A stretch of 64,000 nucleotides of DNA from Eledone cirrhosa. Lineage: Eukaryota. A program made the translations under genes and the position numbers. Shown here one piece after another: positions 25,713 through 39,946 of this stretch. Within the stretch, counting starts at the first letter, position 1, and each line of letters begins with the position of its first letter. The notes beneath the pieces are model-generated. The model was not told the DNA's origin and searched no databases. It worked only from the letters and a program-made list of their open reading frames with translations. The stretch spans positions 22,444,001-22,508,000 of the forward strand of contig OZ024748.1 of NCBI GenBank assembly GCA_964016885.1, in the 5' to 3' direction.

Positions 25713-26329
25713 ATAAATAATATCAATAGTTGTGGTAAAGTTTTATTTTTACTGTCTCCTTTATATATGCAGTAAGCTGTTCTTATATACTTTTACTGGT
25801 TTCAGTTATTTATCAACGGCTTTACTGGGAGACCCACTAAGATTACTAAGTGCTATTGTGTACCTGGTGAGTTAATCTTACTATATATAACACGTGGTTG
25901 CAATGTTGGGTTCATTTCAAAATCTGCAAACCTTATAGACACCTGAAAAGAGCGTGAGGGTACAACAAACGAATTATTGTAGCTATTATACCCAAGATGA
26001 GGACATTAGACTGAATAAATTCGTGTTTAGTAATAGTGACGTTAACTCTCTGTTCACATTAGGTTTCTGAAAAGCGGGGAACTAGAGATGGAGAATTATA
26101 AAATGACATCTAAAGAGGAAACTGATACCTAGATAGAGATATAATTAAAGAGATTTTAAGAGTGGAACCTACCGAGAGAGGAAGAGAGAGAACGATATAC
26201 ACAAAGAGAGAGAGAGAGGGGGGGAGAAGAGAGAGAGAGGGAGAGAGCAAAATCTAAAGGTAAAGAAAAAATTAAATAGGGAACTAAAGAGAGAAATGTA
26301 TTGAGATAAACAGAACCGGAAAATGAAAC

Positions 26330-26476
<147 letters not shown>

Positions 26477-26604
26477 TATACATATATATGTATATATATA
26501 TAAACGGATGTTACAGTGAAGCATACATTCTCTCTATATATATATATTTATACATATATATATATGTATATATATATGTATATGTGTGTATATATATATA
26601 TTTA

Positions 26605-26677
<73 letters not shown>

Positions 26678-26821
26678 CTATTTGCGAAGATCATTAAAGC
26701 TACCTTGTGATCTGAGGTAGAACTAACATTTAATTAAGTATGACTAATACTAATTAATGCTTGGCAATGGTAAAGAGAAGGACATTCTCGCACCAGTGGG
26801 CAAACATTTCTGTGGAGGAAA

Positions 26822-29800
26822 GGAGAGGTGTATTGAGAGAGAGGTGTAAGTTGGTGGCTCTATAGACAGAGAGGTGTATTGAGAGAGAGAGGTGTGGCTC
26901 TATAGACAGAGAGGTGTATTGAGAGAGAGAGGTGTGGCTCTATAGACAGAGAGGTGTATTGAGAGAGAGAGGTGTAAGTTGGTGGCTCTATAGACAGAGA
27001 GGTGTATTGAGAGAGAGAGGTGTGGCTCTATAGACAGAGAGGTGTATTGAGAGAGAGGTGTGGCTCTATAGACAGAGAGGTGTATTGAGAGAGAGAGGTG
27101 TAAGTTGGTGGCTCTATAGACAGAGAGGTGTATTGAGAGAGAGAGGTGTAAGTTGGTGGCTCTATAGACAGAGAGGTGTATTGAGAGAGAGGTGTGGCTC
27201 TATAGACAGGGAGGTGTATTGAGAGAGAGAGGTGTGGCTCTATAGACAGAGAGGTGTATTGAGAGAGAGGTATGGCTCTATAGACAGAGAGGTGTATTGA
27301 GAGAGAGGTGTGGCTCTATAGACAGAGAGGTGTATTGAGAGAGAGAGGTGTAAGTTGGTGGCTCTATAGACAGAGAGGTGTATTGAGAGAGAGGTGTGGC
27401 TCTATAGACAGAGAGGTGTAAGTTGGTGGCTCTATAGACAGAGAGGTGTATTGAGAGAGAGGTGTAAGTTGGTGGCTCTATAGACAGAGAGGTGTATTGA
27501 GAGAGAGAGGTGTAAGTTGGTGGCTCTATAGACAGAGAGGTGTATTGAGAGAGAGGTGTAAGTTGGTGGCTCTATAGACAGAGAGGTGTATTGAGAGAGA
27601 GGTGTAAGTTGGTGGCTCTATAGACAGAGAGGTGTATTGAGAGAGAGAGGTGTAAGTTGGTGGCTCTATAGACAGAGAGGTGTATTGAGAGAGAGGTGTA
27701 AGTTGGTGGCTCTATAGACAGAGAGGTGTATTGAGAGAGAGGTGTGTCTCTATAGACAGAGAGGTGTATTGAGAGAGAGAGGTGTGGCTCTATAGACAGA
27801 GAGGTGTATTGAGAGAGAGGTGTGGCTCTATAGACAGAGAGGTGTATTGAGAGAGAGGTGTGGCTCTATAGACAGAGAGGTGTATTGAGAGAGAGGTGTG
27901 GCTCTATAGACAGAGAGGTGTATTGAGAGAGAGAGGTGTAAGTTGGTGGCTCTATAGACAGAGAGGTGTATTGAGAGAGAGAGGTGTAAGTTGGTGGCTC
28001 TATAGACAGAGAGGTGTAATGAGAGAGAGGTGTGGCTCTATAGACAGAGAGGTGTATTGAGAGAGAGAGGTGTAAGTTGGTGGATCTATAGACAGAGAGG
28101 TGTATTGAGAGAGAGGTGTGGCTCTATAGACAGAGAGGTGTAAGTTGGTGGCTCTATAGACAGAGAGGTGTATTGAGAGAGAGGTGTAAGTTGGTGGCTC
28201 TATAGACAGAGAGGTGTATTGAGAGAGAGGTGTAAGTTGGTGGCTCTATAGACAGAGAGGTGTATTGAGAGAGAGGTGTAAGTTGGTGGCTCTATAGACA
28301 GAGAGGTGTATTGAGAGAGAGGTGTGGCTCTATAGACAGAGAGGTGTATTGAGAGAGAGGTGTAAGTTGGTGGCTCTATAGACAGAGAGGTGTATTGAGA
28401 GAGAGGTGTAAGTTGGTGGCTCTATAGACAGAGAGGTGTATTGAGAGAGAGGTGTGGCTCTATAGACAGAGAGGTGTATTGAGAGAGAGAGGTGTGGCTC
28501 TATAGACAGAGAGGTGTATTGAGAGAGAGAGGTGTAAGTTGGTGGCTCTGTAGACAGAGAGGTGTAATGAGAGAGAGGTGTGGCTCTATAGACAGAGAGG
28601 TGTATTGAGAGAGAGGTGTGGCTCTATAGACAGAGAGGTGTATTGAGAGAGAGGTGTAAGTTGGTGGCTCTGTAGACAGAGAGGTGTAATGAGAGAGAGG
28701 TGTGGCTCTATAGACAGAGAGGTGTATTGAGAGAGAGAGGTGTAAGTTGGTGGCTCTGTAGACACAGAGGTGTATTGAGAGAGAGGTGTAAGTTGGTGGC
28801 TCTATAGACAGAGAGGTGTATTGAGAGAGAGGTGTAAGTTGGTGGCTCTATAGACAGAGAGGTGTATTGAGAGAGAGAGGTGTAAGTTGGTGGCTCTATA
28901 GACAGAGAGGTGTATTGAGAGAGAGGTGTAAGTTGGTGGCTCTATAGACAGAGAGGTGTATTGAGAGAGAGGTGTAAGTTGGTGGCTCTATAGACAGAGA
29001 GGTGTATTGAGAGAGAGAGGTGTAAGTTGGTGGCTCTATAGACAGAGAGGTGTATTGAGAGAGAGGTGTAAGTTGGTGGCTCTATAGACAGAGAGGTGTA
29101 TTGAGAGAGAGGTGTAAGTTGGTGGCTCTGTAGACAGAGAGGTGTATTGAGAGAGAGGTGTGGCTCTATAGAAAGAGAGGTGTATTGAGAGAGAGGTGTG
29201 GCTCTATAGACAGAGAGGTGTATTGAGAGAGAGAGGTGTAAGTTGGTGGCTCTATAGACAGAGAGGTGTATTGAGAGAGAGAGGTGTAAGTTGGTGGCTC
29301 TATAGACAGAGAGGTGTAATGAGAGAGAGGTGTGGCTCTATAGACAGAGAGGTGTAATGAGAGAGAGGTGTGGCTCTATAGACAGAGAGGTGTACTGAGA
29401 GAGAGGTGTGGCTCTATAGACAGAGAGTTGTATTGAGAGAGAGAGGTGTAAGTTGGTGGCTCTGTAGACAGAGAGGTGTATTGAGAGAGAGGTGTAAGTT
29501 GGTGGCTCTATAGACAGAGAGGTGTATTGAGAGAGAGAGGTGTAAGTTGGTGGCTCTATAGACAGAGAGGTATATTGAGAGAGAGAGGTGTAAGTTGGTG
29601 GTTCTGTAGACAGAGAGGTGTAATGAGAGAGAGGTGTGGCTCTATAGACAGAGAGGTGTATTGAGAGAGAGGTGTGGCTCTATAGACAGAGAGGTGTATT
29701 GAGAGAGAGAGGTGTATGTTGGTGGCTCTGTAGACAGAGAGGTCTAATGAGAGAGAGGTGTGGCTCTATAGACAGAGAGGTGTATTGAGAGAGAGGTGTG

Positions 29801-32800
29801 GCTCTATAGACAGAGAGGTGTAAGTTGGTGGCTCTATAGACAGAGAGGTGTATTGAGAGAGAGGTGTAAGTTGGTAGCTCTATAGACAGAGAGGTGTATT
29901 GAGAGAGAGGTGTAAGTTGGTGGCTCTATAGACAGAGAGGTGTATTGAGAGAGAGGTGTAAGTTGGTGGCTCTATAGACAGAGAGGTGTATTGAGAGAGA
30001 GAGGTGTAAGTTGGTGGCTCTATAGACAGAGAGGTGTATTGAGAGAGAGGTGTAAGTTGGTGGCTCTATAGACAGAGAGGTGTATTGAGAGAGAGGTGTA
30101 AGTTGGTGGCTCTATAGACAGAGAGGTGTATTGAGAGAGAGAGGTGTATTGAGAGAGAGAGGTGTAAGTTGGTGGCTCTGTAGACAGAGAGGTGTATTGA
30201 GAGAGAGGTGTGGCTCTATAGACAGAGAGGTGTATTGAGAGAGAGGTGTGGCTCTATAGACAGAGAGGTGTATTGAGAGAGAGAGGTGTAAGTTGGTGGC
30301 TCTATAGACAGAGAGGTGTATTGAGAGAGAGAGGTGTAAGTTGGTGGCTCTATAGACAGAGAGGTGTAATGAGAGAGAGGTGTGGCTCTATAGACAGAGA
30401 GGTGTATTGAGAGAGAGAGGTGTAAGTTGGTGGATCTATAGACAGAGAGGTGTATTGAGAGAGAGGTGTGGCTCTATAGACAGAGAGGTGTAAGTTGGTG
30501 GCTCTATAGACAGAGAGGTGTATTGAGAGAGAGGTGTAAGTTGGTGGCTCTATAGACAGAGAGGTGTATTGAGAGAGAGAGGTGTATGTTGGTGGCTCTG
30601 TAGACAGAGAGGTCTAATGAGAGAGAGGTGTGGCTCTATAGACAGAGAGGTGTATTAAGAGAGAGGATGGCTCTATAGACAGAGAGGTGTATTGAGAGAG
30701 AGGTGTAAGTTGGTGGCTCTATAGACAGAGAGGTGTATTGAGAGAGAGGTGTAAGTTGGTGGCTCTATAGACAGAGAGGTGTATTGAGAGAGAGGTGTAA
30801 GTTGGTGGCTCTATAGACAGAGAGGTGTATTGAGAGAGAGGTGTAAGTTGGTGGCTCTATAGACAGAGAGGTGTATTGAGAGAGAGAGGTGTAAGTTGGT
30901 GGCTCTATAGACAGAGAGGTGTATTGAGAGAGAGGTGTAAGTTGGTGGCTCTATAGACAGAGAGGTGTATTGAGAGAGAGGTGTAAGTTGGTGGCTCTAT
31001 AGACAGAGAGGTGTATTGAGAGAGAGGTGTGGCTCTATAGACAGAGAGGTGTATTGAGAGAGAGAGGTGTAAGTTGGTGGCTCTATAGACAGAGAGGTGT
31101 ATTGAGAGAGAGAGGTGTAAGTTGGTGGCTCTGTAGACAGAGAGGTGTATTGAGAGAGAGGTGTGGCTCTATAGACAGAGAGGTGTATTGAGAGAGAGGT
31201 GTGGCTCTATAGACAGAGAGGTGTATTGAGAGAGAGAGGTGTAAGTTGGTGGCTCTGTAGACAGAGAGGTGTAATGAGAGAGAGGTGTGGCTCTATAGAC
31301 AGAGAGGTGTATTGAGAGAGAGGTGTGGCTCTATAGACAGAGAGGTGTAAGTTGGTGGCTCTATAGACAGAGAGGTGTATTGAGAGAGAGGTGTAAGTTG
31401 GTGGCTCTATAGACAGAGAGGTGTATTGAGAGAGAGGTGTAAGTTGGTGGCTCTATAGACAGAGAGGTGTATTGAGAGAGAGGTGTAAGTTGGTGGTTCT
31501 ATAGACAGAGAGGTGTATTGAGATAGAGGTGTGGCTCTATAGACAGAGAGGTGTATTGAGAGAGAGAGGTGTGGCTCTATAGACAGAGAGGTGTATTGAG
31601 AGAGAGGTGTAAGTTGGTGGCTCTATAGACAGAGAGGTGTATTGAGAGAGAGGTGTGGCTCTATAGACAGAGAGGTGTATTGAGAGAGAGAGGTGTAAGT
31701 TGGTGGCTCTGTAGACAGAGAGGTGTATTGAGAGAGAGGTGTGGCTCTATAGACAGAGAGGTGTATTGAGAGAGAGGTGTGGCTCTATAGACAGAGAGGT
31801 GTATTGAGAGAGAGAGGTGTAAGTTGGTGGCTCTATAGACAGAGAGGTGTATTGAGAGAGAGAGGTGTAAGTTGGTGGCTCTATAGAGAGAGAGGTGTAG
31901 TGAGAGAGAGGTGTGGCTCTATAGACAGAGAGGTGTATTGAGAGAGAGAGGTGTAAGTTGGTGGATCTATAGACAGAGAGGTGTATTGAGAGAGAGGTGT
32001 GGCTCTATAGACAGAGAGGTGTAAGTTGGTGGCTCTATAGACAGAGAGGTGTATTGAGAGAGAGGTGTAAGTTGGTGGCTCTATAGACAGAGAGGTGTAT
32101 TGAGAGAGAGGTGTAAGTTGGTGGCTCTATAGACAGAGAGGTGTATTGAGAGAGAGGTGTGGCTCTATAGACAGAGAGGTGTATTGAGAGAGAGAGGTGT
32201 GGCTCTATAGACAGAGAGGTGTATTGAGAGAGAGAGGTGTAAGTTGGTGGCTCTGTAGACAGAGAGGTGTAATGAGAGAGAGGTGTGGCTCTATAGACAG
32301 AGAGGTGTATTGAGAGAGAGGTGTGGCTCTATAGACAGAGAGGTGTATTGAGAGAGAGAGGTGTAACTTGGTGGCTCTGTAGACAGAGAGGTGTATTGAG
32401 AGAGAGGTGTAAGTTGGTGGCTCTATAGACAGAGAGGTGTATTGAGAGAGAGAGGTGTAAGTTGGTGGCTCTATAGACAGAGAGGTATATTGAGAGAGAG
32501 AGGTGTAAGTTGGTGGTTCTGTAGACAGAGAGGTGTATTGAGAGAGAGGTGTGGCTCTATAGACAGAGAGGTGTATTGAGAGAGAGGTGTGGCTCTATAG
32601 ACAGAGAGGTGTATTGAGAGAGAGAGGTGTATGTTGGTGGCTCTGTAGACAGAGAGGTCTAATGAGAGAGAGGTGTGGCTCTATAGACAGAGAGGTGTAT
32701 TGAGAGAGAGGTGTGGCTCTATAGACAGAGAGGTGTATTGAGAGAGAGGTGTAAGTTGGTGGCTCTATAGACAGAGAGGTGTATTGAGAGAGAGAGGTGT

Positions 32801-35712
32801 ATGTTGGTGGCTCTGTAGACAGAGAGGTGTAATGAGAGAGAGGTGTGGCTCTATAGACAGAGAGGTGTATTGAGAGAGAGGTGTGGCTCTATAGACAGAG
32901 AGGTGTATTGAGAGAGAGAGGTGTATGTTGGTGGCTCTGTAGACAGAGAGGTCTAATGAGAGAGAGGTGTGGCTCTATAGACAGAGAGGTGTATTGAGAG
33001 AGAGGTGTGGCTCTATAGACAGAGAGGTGTATTGAGAGAGAGGTGTAAGTTGGTGGCTCTATAGACAGAGAGGTGTATTGAGAGAGAGGTGTAAGTTGGT
33101 GGCTCTATAGACAGAGAGGTGTATTGAGAGAGAGGTGTAAGTTGGTGTCTCTATAGACAGAGAGGTGTATTGAGAGAGAGGTGTAAGTTGGTGGCTCTAT
33201 AGACAGAGAGGTGTATTGAGAGAGAGAGGTGTAAGTTGGTGGCTCTATAGACAGAGAGGTGTATTGAGAGAGAGGTGTAAGTTGGTGGCTCTATAGACAG
33301 AGAGGTGTATTGAGAGAGAGAGGTGTAAGTTGGTGGCTCTATAGACAGAGAGGTGTATTGAAAGAGAGAGGTGTAAGTTGGTGGCTCTATAGACAGAGAG
33401 GTATATTGAGAGAGAGAGGTGTAAGTTGGTGGTTCTGTAGACAGAGAGGTGTAATGAGAGAGAGGTGTGGCTCTATAGACAGAGAGGTGTATTGAGAGAG
33501 AGGTGTGGCTCTATAGACAGAGAGGTGTATTGAGAGAGAGAGGTGTATGTTGGTGGCTCTGTAGACAGAGAGGTCTAATGAGAGAGAGGTGTGGCTCTAT
33601 AGACAGAGAGGTGTATTGAGAGAGAGGTGTGGCTCTATAGACAGAGAGGTGTATTGAGACAGAGGTGTAAGTTGGTGGCTCTATAGACAGAGAGGTGTAT
33701 TGAGAGAGAGGTGTAAGTTGGTGGCTCTATAGACAGAGAGGTGTATTGAGAGAGAGGTGTAAGTTGGTGTCTCTATAGACAGAGAGGTGTATTGAGAGAG
33801 AGGTGTAAGTTGGTGGCTCTATAGACAGAGAGGTGTATTGAGAGAGAGAGGTGTAAGTTGGTGGCTCTATAGACAGAGAGGTGTATTGAGAGAGAGGTGT
33901 AAGTTGGTGGCTCTATAGACAGAGAGGTGTATTGAGAGAGAGGTGTAAGTTGGTGGCTCTATAGACAGAGAGGTGTATTGAGAGAGAGGTGTGGCTCTAT
34001 AGACAGAGAGGTGTATTGAGAGAGAGGTGTAAGTTGGTGGCTCTATAGACAGAGAGGTGTATTGAGAGAGAGAGGTGTAAGTTGGTGGCTCTATAGACAG
34101 AGAGGTGTATTGAGAGAGAGAGGTGTAAGTTGGTGGCTCTGTAGACAGAGAGGTGTATTGAGAGAGAGGTGTGAGTTGGTGGCTCTATAGACAGAGAGGT
34201 GTATTGAGAGAGAGGTGTGGCTCAATAGACAGAGAGGTGTATTGAGAGAGAGAGGTGTGGCTCTATAGACAGAGAGGTGTATTGAGAGAGAGGTGTAAGT
34301 TGGTGGCTCTATAGACAGAGAGGTGTATTGAGAGAGAGGTGTGGCTCTATAGACAGAGAGGTGTATTGAGAGAGAGAGGTGTGGCTCTATAGACAGAGAG
34401 GTGTATTGAGAGAGAGGTGTGGCTCTATAGACAGAGAGAGGTGTGGCTCTATAGACAGAGAGGTGTATTGAGAGAGAGGTGTAAGTTGGTGGCTCTATAG
34501 ACAGAGAGGTCTATTGAGAGAGAGAGGTGTAAGTTGGTGGCTCTATAGACAGAGAGGTGTATTGAGAGAGAGGTGTAAGTTGGTGGCTCTATAGACAGAG
34601 AGGTGTATTGAGAGAGAGGTGTGGCTCTATAGACAGAGAGGTGTATTGAGAGAGAGAGGTGTAAGTTGGTGGCTCTATAGACAGAGAGGTGTATTGAGAG
34701 AGAGGTGTAAGTTGGTGGCTCTATAGACAGAGAGGTGTATTGAGAGAGAGGTGTAAGTTGGTGGCTCTATAGACAGAGAGGTGTATTGAGAGAGAGAGGT
34801 GTAAGTTGGTGGCTCTGTAGACAGAGAGGTGTAATGAGAGAGAGGTGTGGCTCTATAGACAGAGAGGTGTATTGAGAGAGAGGTGTGGCTCTATAGACAG
34901 AGAGGTGTATTGAGAGAGAGGTGTAAGTTGGTGGCTCTGTAGACAGAGAGGTGTAATGAGAGAGAGGTGTGGCTCTATAGACAGAGAGGTGTATTGAGAG
35001 AGAGGTGTGGCTCTATAGACAGAGAGGTGTATTGAGAGAGAGAGGTGTAAGTTGGTGGCTCTATAGACAGAGAGGTGTATTGAGAGAGAGAGGTGTAAGT
35101 TGGTGGCTCTGTAGACAGAGAGGTGTATGGAGAGAGAGGTGTGGCTCTATAGACAGAGAGGTGTATTGAGAGAGAGGTGTGGCTCTATAGACAGAGAGGT
35201 GTATTGAGAGAGAGGTGTAAGTTGGTGGCTCTATAGACAGAGAGGTGTATTGAGAGAGAGAGGTGTAAGTTGGTGGCTCTGTAGACAGAGAGGTGTATTG
35301 AGAGAGAGGTGTGGCTCTATAGATTGAGAGGTGTAAGTTGGTGGCTCTATAGACAGAGAGGTGTGGCTCTATAGACAGAGAGGTGTATTGAGAGAGTGGT
35401 GTGGCTCTAGAGACAGAGAGGTGTATTGAGAGAGAGAGGTGTAAGTTGGTGGCTCTATAGACAGAGAGGTGTATTGAGAGAGAGGTGTGGCTCTATAGAC
35501 AGAGAGGTGTAAGTTGGTGGCTCTATAGACAGAGAGGTATATTGAGAGAGAGAGGTGTGGCTCTATAGACAGAGAGGTGTATTGAGAGAGAGAGGTGTAA
35601 GTTGGTGGCTCTATAGACAGAGAGGTGTATTGAGAGAGAGGTGTGGCTCTATAGACAGAGAGGTGTATTGAGAGAGAGAGGTGTGGCTCTATAGACAGAG
35701 AGGTGTATTGAG
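26822..35712. repeat. 8.9-kb minisatellite with modular 30/38/40/46/48-bp units
   Basis: Unit GGCTCTATAGACAGAGAGGTGT[ATTGAGAGAGA(GA)GGTGT][AAGTTGGT], roughly 200 copies. Confidence 0.97.
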
Positions 35713-35821
35713 TGAGAGTTTCACACGTAAACAAACATATATTTGACGGTTGAGAATGACAGACATGCAAATGGATAATTACACGTAATCATACACTGAC
35801 AGAACAACAGAGAGTGAAACA

Positions 35822-35925
35822 TGCAGGAGGCCATATCTGCGTAGTGTAAGAAGTCGGGCTCCGCAACCACGTGGTCTCGGGTTCATTCTCACTGCCTTGG
35901 ACAGGTTACGTCTGCTATAGCTTTC
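35822..35925 (+). mobile_element. Degenerate tRNA-like SINE head (relative at about 42182-42280)
   Basis: gcagga...gtagtgtaagaagt...gcaaccacgtggtctcgggttcattctcactgccttgg versus gcaggtatggctgtattgttaaggagt...gcaaccacgtg...ttcaatttcactgcgtggtaccttgg. Confidence 0.55.
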
Positions 35926-35926
35926 A

Positions 35927-36430
35927 CAGACAGACAGACTGACAGACAGATAGATAGACAGACAGAGGGACAGATAGACAGATAGATAGACAGACAGATA
36001 GTCAGACAGATAGTCAGACAGATAGTCAGACAGACAGTTAGACAGACAGACAGAGAGTCAGACAGACAGATAGTCAGACAGACAGATAGTCAGACAGACA
36101 GATAGTCAGACAGACAGTTAGACAGACAGAGAGTCAGACAGACATATAGTCAGACAGACAGTTAGACAGACAGACAGATAGTCAGACAGACAGATAGTCA
36201 GACAGACAGATAGTCAGACAGACAGATAGTCAGACAGACAGATAGTCAGACAGACAGAGAGTCAGACAGACAGATAGTCAGACAGAGAGATAGTCAGACA
36301 GACAGATAGTCAGACAGACAGTTAGACAGACAGACAGTTAGACAGACAGACAGAGAGTCAGACAGACAGATAGTCAGACAGAGAGATAGTCAGACAGACA
36401 GAGAGTCAGACAGACAGTTAGACAGACACA
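35927..36430. repeat. (AGAC/AGAT/AGTC) tetranucleotide repeat with 12-16-bp periodicity
   Basis: agtcagacagacagat units. Confidence 0.95.
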
Positions 36431-36633
36431 GTTATACAGATATAAACATAAATGAGTAAATAAATAGATAAAGGGCTAAATAAACAAATAGAGAGAAATT
36501 TAGATGATTAATTGCAAGAGATACCAAAGAGCATTGTAGTTAATTATTTCAATATCACACAGACACACAGTCACATACACACACACACACATATATATAT
36601 GCACACACATATATATATATATATATGTGTGTA

Positions 36634-36688
<55 letters not shown>

Positions 36689-37469
36689 GCGTAGACGCAC
36701 ATATACACAATCACACTTGTTTAGCAACACGCAATTTCTCTTTGACATACATACATACAGACATACATACATTAATACATACATACATACATACATACAT
36801 ACATACATACATACATACATACATACATACATACATACATACAAATATACATACATACATACATGGTGGCTGTCAACTCGTTTTCGAGTACGGCCACTAT
36901 TTTATATCCATGTAGGAGAACCCCTACCGATGCGCTGAACGAGTGTGACTTTTTAGTCCAGCCAGCGACTTGAAAACTCTGGTACAAACACTACATCTGT
37001 GACAAATATTGACACATAGTGCTGGGCCCATGGTACCATGTGACGACAAGTGCAGAGAGATCTCCAGATATAAAGCAATGCCTGTGCCGTGAAGCTTTTA
37101 TAGTGAGCAAAGGCACTGCACAAAGCCAGTTTCACTCTCTTAAACAAGATGATATTTACCAAAAAGAAGAACAAGTCAACATCATTGGATACCATCAGGA
37201 TTGCAGGTGTCATATCAGAGTTTTCCTTCTCCTAGAATTCTGCCTTGACAAAGGTTAAGGGGTCATCTCTCCCGGTGATTTTCGATGGCCATTGACTGTT
37301 AAGAGCTCCTTTGCCCTTTGACAGCTTTTGTTTTTAGTCCTGCAGGATGTCCAAAGTCACCCTCCTCACCAAGAAACCTTGGTAGGGTTGCCAGTTTAGT
37401 CGCCAACGACCCGACCATGGGACAGGCTTTACTGGGATACATGTTACCAGTAGCACCAACTGGTGACCT

Positions 37470-37982
37470 GACATACATACATACATACATACATACATAC
37501 ATGCATACATACATACATGCATACATACATACATACATACATACATGCATACATACATGCATACATACATACATACATACATACATACATACATACATAC
37601 ATACATACATACATACATACATACATACATGCATGCATACATGCATACATACATACATACATACATGCATGCATACATACATACATACATACATACATAC
37701 ATACATACATAGATACATACATACATACATACATACATACATACATGCATGCATGCATACATACATACATACATACATGCATGCATACATACATACATAC
37801 ATACATACATACATACATACATACATACATACATACATACATACATACATACATGCATGCATGCATGCATACATACATACATACATACATACATACATAC
37901 ATACATGCATGCATGCATACATACATACATACATACATACATACATACATACATACATACATACATACATACATACATGCAT
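37470..37982. repeat. (ACAT/GCAT)n microsatellite
   Basis: Direct reading. A shorter tract lies at 36745-36864. Confidence 0.95.
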
Positions 37983-38224
37983 ACCACACTACAAATACAT
38001 GTCACAAATACGTACATATTTACATACGACACTATTTTTTTGCTTTGTTTAATTATTCATCAGAAATAAGCTTAATTTTATACAAACAGACACTACCCCA
38101 CCCCCATTGCCACCCCCTTCTCTCCTACCTACCCTTTCACCTAAACATCCATTTCAACTTTTCTTCCTTTCTTTTTAATTTTCCTTTCTTTCTTAAGACT
38201 TTCATTCATGTTATTTCTCCTCAT

Positions 38225-38385
38225 AACGGTCTGAGTTCAAATCCCGCTGAGGTTAACTTTGCCTTTCATCCTTACAGGGTCGATAAGATAAAGTACCAGT
38301 AATACACTCGAGTCGATTTAATAGACTCCCCCCCCCCTCCTCTTCAAATTGCTAGCCTTGTGCCTAAAGTAGAAATAATTATTAC
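38225..38385 (+). mobile_element. 5'-truncated SINE family 1
   Basis: Box B, core and tail are present. Confidence 0.8.
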
Positions 38386-38412
38386 AATTGTCCCACTTTT
38401 CTACATTGTTGA

Positions 38413-38853
38413 ATATGGTTCACTAGTGATTCTTAACAATGAGGTCCCCATCATATGGTTCACTAGTGATTCTTAACAATGAGGTCCCCATCATATGGTT
38501 CACCAGTGATTCTTAACAATGAGGTCCCCATCATATGGTTCACTAGTGATTCTTAACAATGAGGTCCCCATCATATGGTTCATCAGTGATTCTTAACAAT
38601 GAGGTCCCCATCATATGGTTCACCAGTGATTCTTAACAATGAGGTCCCCATCATATGGTTCACCAGTGATTCTTAACAATGAGGTCCCCATCATATGGTT
38701 CACCAGTGATTCTTAACAATGAGGTCCCCATCATATGGTTCACCAGTGATTCTTAACAATGAGGTCCCCATCATATGGTTCACCAGTGATTCTTAACAAT
38801 GAGGTCCCCATCATATGGTTCACCAGTGATTCTTAACAATGAGGTCCCCATCA
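38413..38853. repeat. 40-bp minisatellite, 11 copies
   Basis: atatggttcac(c/t)agtgattcttaacaatgaggtccccatc. Confidence 0.97.
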
Positions 38854-39302
38854 ACTTTCACAGACTTTTCCAAAGCTTAAACTATTCTCATATCTGACCA
38901 CCAATAATACTTCTTGTTGTGTTGAAATCGTTGATGTTGTTGCTGTTGTTGTTGTTGTTGTTCAGGCTCTTATTATTGTTGTTGGTAACAAACATATCAA
39001 ACATATTCCGCATTTATCGATTTAGAAATAAACTGCTCCAATTAGATAAAATCTTAGGAATAACGGAAATCTTTATTATGTTCTTTAAGAAAGCTCTTAA
39101 GGAGAAAATAAATCTTGCATGGCCGGCTGTTGACACCAACTGTTGATAACGTTTATTGCAATAACACGTGATGAATATAGCTGAATAAAGTCAGCTGATC
39201 TATACAAGAACAAATATCCAATATTTCCACATTCACAAACACACACGTGGGACAAGGGATACATGTTTATGCATGTATGTATGCATATATACATTCATAT
39301 AT

Positions 39303-39619
39303 ATGGCTTGTGGTTAGGGAATTCAGCTCACGATCGTAAGGTCGTGAGTGCGATTCCCGGCGGAGTACTGTGTCCTTGAGCAAGACACTTTATTTCACAT
39401 TGCTCCAGTTCACTCGGCAGGCAAAAAGGAGTTGTACCTGTAATTCGAAGGGTAAACCTTATCACATTGTGTCATTGTGTCACACTAAATCTTCCTGAGA
39501 ACTACGGTAAGGGTACGCGTGTTTGAATAATGCTCAGCCACTGGCACGTTAATTTCACGAGCAGACTGTTCCTTTACGGATTAACTGGAGCGCTCATCGC
39601 CGTCGATGACGGAGGGCCT

Positions 39620-39620
<1 letters not shown>
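39303..39620 (+). mobile_element. tRNA-derived SINE family 2
   Basis: atggcttgtggttaggga...gagtgcgattccc head, tgtgtccttgagcaagacactttatttcacattgctccagttcactc central domain (Meta/V-SINE-like, from memory) and gcacgttaatttcacgagcag tail. Confidence 0.8.
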
Positions 39621-39703
<83 letters not shown>

Positions 39704-39946
39704 TGTGTGTGTGTGTGCGTGTATATACATAGATAGATATATTTCTTTATTTGCCACAAGGGCGCAAAAGATGGGGACAAATACAAGGAGTGTAAAAATG
39801 TATAACAAAAATAATGAATAAAACAAACGAAATCCCCAATAGGGGGGAGGGGGTACATTGAAAGATAGATAGATATATGCATACATATATACATCCAACC
39901 ACCCATATATACATACATACTTTCATACATACATACGCATAATATA

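Noticed and set aside
26822-35712. Large array as CRISPR, telomeric or coding repeat
   Set aside because: There are no unique spacers and no TTAGGG, and stops are frequent.
38413-38853. 40-bp repeat as a CRISPR array
   Set aside because: The units are contiguous with no unique spacers, no cas genes are present and the context is eukaryotic.
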